Of a stretch of DNA of 64,000 bases, positions 1 to 11,576 are shown piece by piece. Both the position numbers and the translations under genes were made by a program. The notes beneath the pieces were generated by a model. That model had not been told where the DNA came from. It saw only the letters and a program-made list of their open reading frames with translations, and made no database searches. The DNA comes from Ophelia neglecta (taxonomy: Eukaryota), in assembly GCA_965285935.1 (NCBI GenBank), contig CBDIWN010000008.1:806001-870000 (forward strand), written 5' to 3'. Position 1 is the stretch's first letter, and every line of letters begins with the position of its first letter.

Positions 1-1663
1 TTACTTTTTCGACAAATTATCACTAATCGTTATCATTGTAGTGATACAGCCTGTAACCGGTGGGAGAGGTGAGTTGATTATACCTCATTTCAATCCTGGA
101 TCTGCTCGTACCTAGTCATCAGCTGTAACTTAAGTATATATGTTTAGGTATGTATATATGTATATATACATGTATAGTCGGCGACAACTTATCATTTTGT
201 CTTGTACTTTTTACTTCAGTAGCTCTGATACTTGAGAAAGTTGTAAACATAGTGTTGTGTCTTGAAGCGTCAGAACTACTGTTCATATGGTAATGAAAGC
301 TGCTGTTTTTCACATTGCCACGCTAAAAGTTATTCACACAACCAATTAAAATAAGATTTGCATGTGCATGAAACCGTAATACGTACTTTACCGAAACGCC
401 TTGAGAACAATACGCGGCGGGTTAGGGGGAGCCGCAAGTTCAGTCACGTCTGCTTATATGGTTATATGTAGGGCTAGTCAGCCACTCAACTTCGCCCCCT
501 GTTGGCCATTGGCGGAACTCATAATCATGCCCTTTTTGGAAAAGGCACGAGGAAAACCCTTGTTAGTTTAGCTATTCAGGTCGGTTTAAACGTCAGAGGG
601 CAAGGGCAAAACGGCGGTGATTAGGTGAGGACACAGGGGAAATGATCTCTACCCAAGATGTCTCGCCTGTATAACATGAATTCACGAAGATGCATTGTAT
701 ATGATATACCAATGTGATTACCAGTTTTATACCGGAACTATCTTTGCGTACCGAAGTACTGAACTTTGAAAATGGCTTATAGCCCAAGGAACAAGGTTCA
801 GTACGAGGTATATATAGAAAATCGAGGTATAGAACAGGCTTTGAATAATAGTCCCTGGGGAAAATAAGGTGGCCAACCAATTTAAAAAGCAAACATCAGC
901 CAAATTCAGCAAGACTGGTAACAGTATGTCCATGAGTCGAGCACTCTTTCCGAGCATATATATATACAAATATAATGTAAACAGGACCATTTTAAGTAAA
1001 TACCTCAACATCAGACTTGGCTGTGACAAAAGTGGACTGTTCTTTCTGCGCTATTATTACTTTCTCGTGCTCCCGGTGACTATCGTCAACAGACAGTGTT
1101 AACATTCCTTTTTATTCCCTATAAGACATTGTGAATAAGGCTATCGAGCACGGAAACAACCTGTGGCGACACCTAGCGAGCCTGAAATCCTTGGCAAGTA
1201 GTGACAAACATTTAAAACTAGAAAGTAGTGTACAGTGCTCTTTTTACGGAAAACTTACGTTTCTTTCAATTATTTACCTGTAAAAAGCAGTATATATTGT
1301 GGCGCGAAATGCCATATAGACATGCTATATAAGAACATAATTTCCACTCGTCTCCTCGTACGTATGCCTTATATCCGGTAAAGAGGGGGGAGGGGGGCTG
1401 TAAAGCCTGTTAATAAAGAAAAATCACTTTTGTTTAAACTTAATGTGTTCTTTAAAATAACGCTAGTTACTATCAGAGAATGACCTTACTTGATAAAAGA
1501 ATCTTAAGGTTGTTTTCATATCAGTCAGGCAGTTTATGTTAATTACGCATCGACTTATAAGGATTTTGTTTCGGCTGCCGTGTATACCTTCCCTTTTTAA
1601 TTACTTTATTAATGAGGCCGTGATGACAATTGAAAGCGCTTTAATTGTGTTGGGTACTATCAG

Positions 1664-4600
1664 TCTTTTGTAGATTTGGCAACACGAATGGATGTGTGTT
1701 TCCATGTCTGTGCACTACTGGTTGTGACAGGACGACATGGGCGTGTTTGTCCCCAGGATTATGTCAGTTGGACGATCCCTCGACAGCCGGAATAAGGAGA
1801 ACCGGGGCTGGCTGTAGAATAGGTAAACCTTTCCGTTTTTCATTACGTTGGACACATTTTAACAACCCATTAATGTGTTTACTACATTGGGAATATAGAT
1901 GCAATTAGTTGCTCACAAATATCGAAAAATTTCGGAAAGAAAGCTTTTTATCAATGTATCAATATTTTGTTTTAAATTGATAACCACAATCAAGATTAAA
2001 TAGGACTAAATTTCCAAAACACGAATAGTAGGAATAACATAGTTGAAGGTTCACATAAACCGTTAAAAGAATAAACAAAATTGATTGACTTAGGTATTAT
2101 TTACAGTGTTAGACACTGAATTCCCAGTCACATTATTTGCCGGATCACCAATACTACTCACAGAACCGGCAGACGATTACAAATACTACTTACACAATGA
2201 CGAGAGTAGTTACCGGGGAGACGATTACAAATACTACTCATACAAAAAACGAGAGTAGATATCTGACAGACGATTTAAATCAGTAGTCACGAACGACGCA
2301 TTAAATCGCTCCCAATTCGTCCCCACAATTATAACACAATCAGGGAAGATATGTTATGGCCTATATTACCACACTTTGCATTCATTGTTCATTAAGAATT
2401 GGGGAAAAGACATAAATGAAAGTAGAAAAGAGCGGATAACAAATGTTACTATTCACTGATATTGAAATTTCTATGGATATGTAATGTAGCTCGGGGAAGT
2501 CCTACCAGAATGGACAATGGGATAACTCCCACGCGGGTTTACAGTGGATGGTATTATTACCAATAGCATATACGAATGTGAAAATCTGCATTTCTAGTTC
2601 AATTACAATTGGGACAAGCCGGACAAAGTGTACAGCCGGGAGAACTTTAAATACAGATACAGTTAATTGCTAACATTGAATTTGTTATTGTTAGGTAATG
2701 TAGCCCTTGGAAAGATTGCGTATCAGAGTGGACAGTATACTAATTTACGCGCTGGTCTGGCCGTTGACGGATTCATCACAACGAATATAAGTCGGTGTGC
2801 ACACCCTGACGCTGGGCCAGGGAAAAGATCTTGGTGGTACGTCGACCTCCTAGAGTTCTACACGGTTGTCAGTGTCACCATTTTTAACAGAAAGGATATA
2901 CAGTCCAGGGCCTACAGTAAGTTAGTGTAGCTTAAAATGGTTATAATGTTTTATTTCTAGTGAACCTGACCTTTCAGACAGTTTGATAATTTGTTATGAT
3001 CAGGTTATAAAACAAAGGTAATTTTATTTCGAAGCATACAGTTAAGTGAGATATTTGAGGAATTATATTGTTTGGACAAACGAAAATTTACACTAGTTTA
3101 TGACTATGGTCAAATGATGGCCGTATCTCTTTATGATCCAGGGAACAGCCTAGCATACTACTAATTGGTCAAATTATCCGGAGAAAGACTGTCTAAGTAA
3201 GTTTTATGATTAAAAATGTAATAACCATCATTGTTTGATTACAAGTTAAGAAGTTCTTGACTGATTAATGCGTATGTGTTACTTGTTATGAAGGAATAAA
3301 CGAAATTTGCCTGTGCTGTTAAAATAATGAATTTAGGAGCACAAGCAAAAACTACAATTAAGATAATAATCCGGAAACTGGTAAAGCCCTCTAATAAAGT
3401 ACTGTTAGTGTTTCAGCTAACTTTTTCCATATCTGTGACTCTATGTATCTTTACCCCTTATCAGGGGTTTCAATTTGCTTATGACAACCGGGTGACAAAG
3501 TGTGAATTAATCTCGTCAATGCCAAAGACTAAGGCTGTCTAGGTTAACTATATGAGAGGTGGGGATAAGGGTGTAAGTCTATAAACCCAAACTACACATG
3601 GAAATTACCCTGGTTGATAGAGTTCGGATGCTTGTATGAGTGGGAATGTGGGAGAGGATAATTGAAATAATGTGAGGAGGGGATGGAAACATAAAATACA
3701 CAATTGTTTGTGTGATTGCGATTTTGATCGAAGCGTGACGCAGTAGATAATAACTAAATAACAATAACAGGTAAAGAGTTCATTCCACCCTCCCCCCCCC
3801 CTCCACCCCCCCCCCCCCCCCCGCAAACCTTCAGGGCTAAACCAAACGTATATAGTGTTAAACAAATTGACTTAGTCAAAGCTACGTTGGTCACAAACGT
3901 GTCAATAAAACAAAGGCAGGCGCCTCTGCATTGCTTTGAAGACTTTTTAGCATGTTGTGTAAAAGCTCCAGTTACTGATGGTGCTAGGACTTTGTTATAT
4001 CTCCTGCTGTTTTAATTAATAGAGCGAACAGGACAGTTTCGACTTGGAATAGGAAATGTGACTGATGGTGACAAGACTGATCTCTGCAAGGACTATACGA
4101 AAATCATACCTGAGGGGGGACACGACACCATACAGTGTAACTCACCAGTTACTGGCAGATACGTGACCATTATCCGAGATGCAAACGGATTTCAGCCCCG
4201 ATTTCTCGGACTGTGTGAGGTTATCGTTCAAGGATATAAACCAATCAGTACGGTCTTGTCCTCACTCTTTCCATCCAGTATTCGTTTTGACTTTGATCGA
4301 AATATATGGTGGCACTACATTTACTTTCATAATTACGTGTGCATACCTTTTTACAGGTAACACGGGGCATTAAAAATAAGCAAATACAGGGTGTAAAAAC
4401 TTATGGCGAATTATCACCTAGTTTTTGGATGTATCTTTTAACTTTAGTTTATCGAGCTTAGATGCTCAATTCTTAATTGCCTGTATTAATTAATTCAGAA
4501 AAATAGTACACCTAAAATCATTCTTATTTGGTTTATTCCTTTTTTTTTAACTAATGCCTGAAGGAAGCTGACGAATTATGGCAAGTTATGTCTAAGAATG

Positions 4601-7600
4601 TGACAATTCAACCATAATCAATGTCGAATGTTTAATTATTATAAACATAAGGTCGGGCCAAAATAGATACTAGATATCGACAATGTGTTTTGAATGATGA
4701 AATAACAAAACAAAAACCGCATATACACATTCAGACGCTGTTTATGATTTATTTATTGTTTTGTAGTTTGCGACAGTGGCAGATGTCAGTCTTGCAGTTC
4801 TATTTCTGGTTGCGAAAAATGTGCTCCGGGAAGTGAATACCCAGATTGTAAAAAGGGTTCGCGCTTTAATGCATTTTTATTTGGCTGGTAGTTATTTCCA
4901 TTTTTAATTTCTAGACATCACTGTTAGATGTAAATATCTAATAGGGGTACTATTTCTCCCTGTTATCTTCACCGCGTTCTTTATGATATATTTTACAGAA
5001 TGCGACGATAATGAGTATGGCGACAATTGTGGAGAACGATGTAGTGTGAATTGCTTTAGAAATAATTGGTCCACCAATCGATCATGTAATATCTCGAGCG
5101 GACGGTGCTTGATTAGCTGTAACGAAGATTATTGGGGTGACAGGTGTGAATACACGTGTAATATGAACTGTCGGCGAATAGTTGGTGAAAAAGTTTGTTC
5201 ACAAGGTAACGGTACTTGTACCCAGGGATGCCTGAACCCTTACTACGGTGACCAGTGTCAAAACTCCTGCAGTAGTGGATGTAGTGTCATCTCGGGCTCC
5301 AACACGTGTCACATTGATACAGGCGCGTGTAACTACGGCTGTCAAACTGGATTCTATGGCGATAACTGCAATAAATCATGTAGTAATCAGTGTATTGATG
5401 TCTGTGATAGTCATAGCGGGTTATGTAGTTGTACGATTAATGCTTACGGCGATACGTGCAATCATAACTGTAGTAGTCACTGTGAGACTATAGAAAACGC
5501 ACATATCTGTGAGAAGGACAGTGGAGTGTGTACTCATGGCTGCCAACTACCACCGTATAGTACCTGGTATTCTGGAGACCTATGTGACCGACCGATAAAT
5601 AAAAACTGTTTTCCTTAACAAAACAATTCAACGAAAAATGGACATATTGTTTAATTAAATTCAATCACTTATATCGATTTAATTGCGGTTGTTTTACAGT
5701 GTACTTGGCCTACCCATCGAACCAACCAATGAAGATTATCAGTACCACGGCAACATCTGTCACCATTGGCTGGCCTCACATCCTTGTGGTTTCAAATGCA
5801 AACACTAAATTTTATGGCTATAGAATTTATGCCATTACAGGAAACCGAAAAATATCTTTTGAGCATGCCATTTCCGAAAACAATATTTCGAAACAATATA
5901 ATCTGACATTAGATGGCCTACAGGAAAACACTGTATATGACATTAAAATTACCCTGTATCGTACAGTTTTGGGTAGAACAGAAGAGAGTAGAGATAGCTC
6001 GGTGGTTGTATCTGTAACTACAGGTAAACTTATGGGCACATTTGTCGTATCTTAGTAATAAGTGAAACATATTTAGCCAATAGAAAGATTGAATCTTACG
6101 TCAAGGTATATGTACGGCAATGTTCAATAGGTATTGTACGATGCAAAGGTCTATATGAGGAATTTGTTGCTACAAGTCATATTCCAGAACTACTGCTTTA
6201 TTTTAACCAGGGCAAACTTCGCCTCTCTCAACTGGCGCATTGGCAGGAATCGTCATAGCGGCTGTTGCAATTATCACCGCCATTGGCATTACTATTGGTT
6301 GTCTTATTATCAAGTGAGTTGTACCAGAATAAGGGACACTTTCTATTTTATTTTATTGAGCAACTACGGCATTACGGTACTTAAATTCTTAAGTTAAAAA
6401 AAACATATTTAACTGGTTTGATGTTATAAGGTCACTAGATATATGGTGATAGTAGTATAGATGAAAACTTGTAGCGTGAATTGGTGTTGTCAAACTGTTT
6501 CATATGTAAACAGGTCCCAAAAGCAAACCCATTCAAGGAATGAATCAACACAAAATGAGATTCAGGGTCAGCCTACCCAGGAAGTTGACTTCACTGACTT
6601 AAGCGCGTATGGCGAATCGTCTACGACACAAGGCGGCAATGGTAAGAGGTTTTTAATTGACATTTTTTAATTGATGAGGTTTCAACATTTAACCATAAAA
6701 TCATATATTTCATATGTCAAGGGTTTTCACGAGAATTATATTGAGAGAATACAAGACAATCTGTCAGAAATCAATGCTGATAAATTTGTTTTGGGAACTG
6801 GAAAATTGCATTTAAAATGCCGTTTTATCAATTTGAGATAATTAAGATATAGCGGCAGACGACTAATCTCTTTTTAGTATATGGGTGGATCTGTGAAAAT
6901 ATATGCCGATAAATTGGTAAATGGTTATGCCACATACAATAGCGCTTATGGGACATATTCTAAGATTGTACATGCATCCGAAAGTACGATTTTGGGGCAG
7001 GCGGCTATTAACGTGTTTTTGTTTGTTTAGCCGCAAACTGCGTTCTGGACAACACACATGTCAAAAATGGCAAACAAAGCTGAATGTTCTTGCAATGTAT
7101 AAGCAATAACATTATTGTAAGACATAGATGGGTTATATTGATAATTGTCTTGTGAACTTCTCTGACTGATCAAATGATCATTGTATACCAAAGAATACGC
7201 AAGTAATTTGGGGCTTTTTACTTTGTGCAGTTCTTTGCCTTAAGACATTTTTACTATCATGTTACAATGAAAAAAAGGTTTGGAGTTTTTGGGTTAAACA
7301 TTTCCATTGCCCAATGGAAATCACCATGGAATATGATTTTGCATGAATTTTAAATTGCATTGCAGTGTGCCAAAAGTATAAACCTATTTATGCAGTTCTT
7401 AATTTTCTATATTAGCTATATTTTCTATATTTCTATATCAGTTTCCATATAATTTCGTTTGGTTAATCACACTTAATGATCTTTTAATGCGTAAATAGTA
7501 TGGATTAAGGAATGTTTTTATATGCATTTCAGCCAATCTGACTGGAGAGGAAAATCCGACGTACGAACAGTTAAATATAAATGAAGACTATGGGAAATAA
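1664..7600 (+). CDS. Paralog A: F-type lectin / EGF-repeat / FN3 single-pass receptor with short Tyr-motif tail; 5'-partial, splice-donor lesion (secreted form or decaying gene)
   Basis: Exons 1664-1822 (Cys-rich, VFCRFGNTNGCVFPCLC), 2695-2916 and 4023-4247 (F-lectin: NVALGKIAYQS..AVDG..CAH..WWYVDL..VTIFNR / GRYVTI..LCEVIV), 4767-4856, 4999-5598 (5 EGF-like units), 5700-6023 (FN3), 6211-6313 (TM GALAGIVIAAVAIITAIGITIGCLII), 6514-6641, 7533-7600 (ANLTGEENPTYEQLNINEDYGK*). Intron phases match B and C. The donor after the large EGF exon reads AT, not GT. No signal-peptide exon found in the window. Confidence 0.85.
2150..2280. repeat. Imperfect ~49-bp tandem repeat
   Basis: agacgattacaaatactact.atac..aa..acgagagtag occurs twice, with partial flanking copies. 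Confidence 0.7.
2481..2588 (+). pseudogene. Degenerate copy of F-lectin exon 1 in an intron of paralog A
   Basis: gtaatgtagctcggggaag..taccagaatggacaatgggataactcccacgcgggttt..gtggatggtattattacc aligns with the start of the intact exons (e.g. 15913 gtaatgtagcgcttagaaagccggcctatcagagtgga..gcgggtttggccgtggacggtattattacc). It has indels and no acceptor AG. Confidence 0.75.
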
Positions 7601-9669
7601 ACGTGAAAGGTATCACAAAGAAAAGAACCTAAAAAAATTTCCGTTTCGCATAGTGGTTTTTGGGAACCTTATAATGCCACTTCCACTTCACTTTCGCCAG
7701 TCAATTCCCACCTTTTCATTTAAATACGGCTGATAATAAAAGTAGGGTTTAAACTAATCATTAACAGGTTTATAATGAACTAAACTCAATAACATCATAA
7801 AATCTAGGCCCAACATGGCTGAGCCTGAGAAAATCGTCGATCGCAATTTAATGTGTTGTTAGGAGCAACAATACCGATAATACGCAAATACTGAATTGTA
7901 AATTAAAACCGTTGCCTAATATTTTGTTCGTTCTCATAATATTTATTGGGGCAAGTTTCACTCAAATCGATAATTAAACTTTAATTATAGTCGCCATAAG
8001 TCAAATAATTGTATTGGTTCATGCTATCGAAAACTATATATGTAAATAGAAAGTTACCAGATATATGTATGTGTTACAACATAAACTTCTAGACGTGATT
8101 TGTCACCTATCAGGCTTTGCTGTGAAGAACACAAAATTTACATAGAAATCAAGTTTTTTTTTCAATAAATATATATGGTGTGTATTGAGCTATAGAGGAC
8201 ATATATATTTGGTTTAATATTTTTATGGTATAATATATTAAAAAAAGACAAAAATATGTTAGTCAATCCTTATCGTATTGTTATTTGGTGTCCGCAAAGT
8301 AAATTTTATGCTTTCCTCACAGCACACATGGATGCGCTTCAATTGAATGCACATGTGCATAGATACATTGAAATATTGTGCCGAAACACAAAGTAAAAGA
8401 GATGGGTGTTCATCTATCAAATCACAGTATGTACTTACATTGTAGTTGGCATATAATATGTCCGTTGTAGTAGGTACAGGTGAAATATTAAGAGTTGTGT
8501 CAGAATTACTATAAAAAGGAAACAAACATCAATATCCAATTGTAAAGCACCTGTTATATCAAAGGGTATGTTGCTCAGAGATATCTCAATAATCGCTTAT
8601 GACATATTTGTACATGTTTATCAGATAAAAAAGCAATGCTATAATTTTAAAAATTCATGATGGTATTATACTGCGCTGCTTTGTTATACATATATATGCT
8701 GCATAAATATCTTTTAAACTTGTTGGACCTGGCGTTAATGTGTCACTAAGTGAACACTGTAGTACGATGTAAGAGATGTCAAAATTTGACGAAATACATT
8801 AGAACGTTACGGCAATGTGAACAGTCTGTATTTAAATAACCGAACATAAAAATTGTATAACATTGGTTAATAGCTGAGTGGCCTTGTGAAAATTGATATT
8901 ATTCCTTCGAAAAAGTCAGCGCCCTTCCTATAGATTGACACAGTTACGTTCTGGAACATCCACCAACATCGGTTCTTCTAAAACCATTAATCCGTATAAG
9001 GACGCTTTGAACGACATTGATTGTTTATTAATTAGATCTACATGCTGTGTTAAAAGAAGAGTCTTACTTAATGTATTTTGAAATAGTACGATAAAATATT
9101 CGCCAAGCTATAAAGTTCATTTCAAAACGAAGTGCTTAAAAGAAAATTGTTTACAGACTCAATGTATCGAGTCATTTCACCGCTGTTGAGTGAAAGCCGG
9201 TTTTATGGGTGTTACACAAACGACCGAGGGTCACGATTTATACGAACCTTATGGTAAATAATTGTATACTGCCTTTAACTTTTACTCTAAAGTTTTAAGT
9301 ATATGGATAGATGTGCCCCTTGATTCGTTTTGCATGCCCTTATGCGTATTATTTATTGCATCTTGCGAAAATCAACACATGTAAAGTCACGCGCAAATGA
9401 CTTACCTCCGAAATGATAGACAGTGTTTTGGGTCAATGAAATGAAGTTTGCTCAGGCAGGTCCGGATTACCGCTCATGTTATATAAAAGTGTATTTTAAT
9501 TTTATTTCAAAATAACTATCGATTCTGATTTTATCTCTGCACATGATAGTCATATCAATGACTTTAAAAGCAATATAGATCGTTGTAGGTTGGACATGAC
9601 GTACGCTGTTCAAATGTGTTTACTGGTTGGTTGAAAAATTTACCTCGAGCGTTACCAGTCAGTCAGTTC

Positions 9670-9856
9670 AGGACTGATGAACCCGGGGTCAGTATAATGT
9701 GACTGGGTGGGGTTCCCTGTCTGGTGTCTACGACAGGTACACCAGTGAGGCAGTACTATAAAGAAAGCATTGAGCCCACTGTCACAAGTAGGCCAGACAG
9801 TGGTATGATCATATTTGTTGAAAGCCACGTAAAACCTTAAAACAACCAACCAACCT
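9670..9856 (+). mobile_element. Probable 5'-truncated invertebrate SINE fragment
   Basis: gtcagtataatgtgactgggtggggt..cagtgaggcagtactataaa..ttgttgaaagccacgtaaaacc followed by an (aacc)n tail resembles, from memory, the 3' half of SINEs common in molluscs. It is absent from the paralogous position near 22810. Confidence 0.55.
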
Positions 9857-11480
9857 AATCCTCACCGTCAGACACAAACATTTAATACGATACGTTATAC
9901 GATACACCCTATTACAGCACGAGCCTTGCCAGGTCTGCCCGCGGGAGCATAGAGTACCCACTGTGATCTATCTACTCTCCTGTGTCTTCCCCCTAGCTCG
10001 AAGTCTTATATTTTCTTTAATATCGTTTAAACCTGTGTACTTTTTTGTATTTACCGTATTAATGTGATCCGATGTGTTGTGCGCCAGGAACATTCTGTCT
10101 ATGTTCAAGAGGTAGTTTTAGGCTAAATTATATGAGAAAACATGTTTTAAGATTCCTATTCCTCGTTGCTTCTCTATACCTTCAAAGGGATGGCATGAGA
10201 ATATACACTTATAAAGTACACTGTAATGAATTGGGCTGCTGAGCCACCTTTCTATCGGATTACGAATAGGACAAAAAATACGGGTTCGATATGCCGCACG
10301 GGAAGACTTATATCTGCTCGTTATATCATTGGCATCCATATTAAAAATAGACGTGGGCGATACCGCCGCATGGGGGCGGCAAATACGTCGTGAAAGAGTG
10401 AGGTCATTTGGTAACACATTTGGTAGGACATGTTCTGAGGCATTTGCCTTCGTTACAGTCCCAGGTTAATAGGTGTGTTGTGCGGTATCAGAGAACGTAT
10501 GGCCAAAGAAAATTGAATAATTCACCATTAATCATAATATTGTCTACTAGATAATCCCTAAAACAGTTCCGAAGGCTTTCGTCTATTTTTAATCCCATGC
10601 TCGTTACAAGAGTTGAATGGGATTATATGACCCTGTTAACCGATCATGTCTGCATTATATACCATCAGGGTCGCGTGTCGATCTAAACTCAAAACACTAT
10701 TGCAAGTACCTTAAGGTGTGCAAATAAAGATGGATAGTGCTCACTATAGATAGGAAGAATTATCTTGAAAGAAGACGCATTGAAAGGACCCCCTCCCGTC
10801 TAATCTGTGATACTCGACATCCCATAGAAACCTCGTTATTATGTTTGAAATGTCGCTGATAATGATTTCCTTTTTTGTAGTTTTCCTCCAAAGCTTGTTC
10901 AAACGAAGATAAAACCAGTATCTTTGTATCATAGCGCGATGATCACCAGCCCTGCATGATACCTGACATAATCGTTTAAATAACGATTTAAGATTGATTT
11001 TCATACCCGCAACATATTTGACCAGGATTAAATTATATACGAAGATTATGGGAAGAAAACATATCGCATCTTCAATAAATACATAGTGGCGACAAATTGC
11101 GTTTTCAGGTTAATAAGCATTACATAAGACATATTCGTATGGATCCATTCTGAAATTCTTTCCGTTAATTCCTATGAGGCCAGTGACTGTCTGTCGAATG
11201 CAAAGGTATCTGATGTCTTCTATTCTGCTTCTTAGTTGATTTTATATGTGAAAATAGGCCCTTGTTCTTATGTGGCAAAAGCGTTTGTAACTTTATTTCA
11301 TAAAAATAAAATGTAAACGCATTGCGCTCAGTATAAATAAACCTGCTTCAAGGACCTTTACCATTATGTTCATGCTGGAATTGAGTTCCCGATGAATTAG
11401 AATAAATAGTTATGACATCCCTACAAACACCCCTGATTGTATAGCCACTTTGTTCGCTGCTAAGCGTGTTAAGTTTACTT

Positions 11481-11510
11481 AGTTCCAGACGACCGCTCAG
11501 CAAGGAGAAC
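11481..11510 (+). promoter_or_regulatory. Conserved splice-acceptor-like motif upstream of each signal-peptide ATG
   Basis: T-rich tract + AG followed by (a/g)cgaccgctc(a/g)g at 11481, 25321, 40531 and 58461. Orphan copies occur near 12565 and 38711. Confidence 0.55.
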
Positions 11511-11576
11511 GTTAAATTCATTTTTAATGTATAAACGTTCGGTAGATGTGCCTGTATGTATACGTGCTATTTGGAA

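Noticed and set aside
119-1102. Short overlapping ORFs at the window start, and most other 60-120 aa ORFs in the track
   Set aside because: No recognisable motifs; such ORFs are expected by chance in intronic and intergenic DNA. Many are antisense or off-frame shadows of the Cys-rich exons (e.g. 18509-19048, 32828-33175, 45769-46134).
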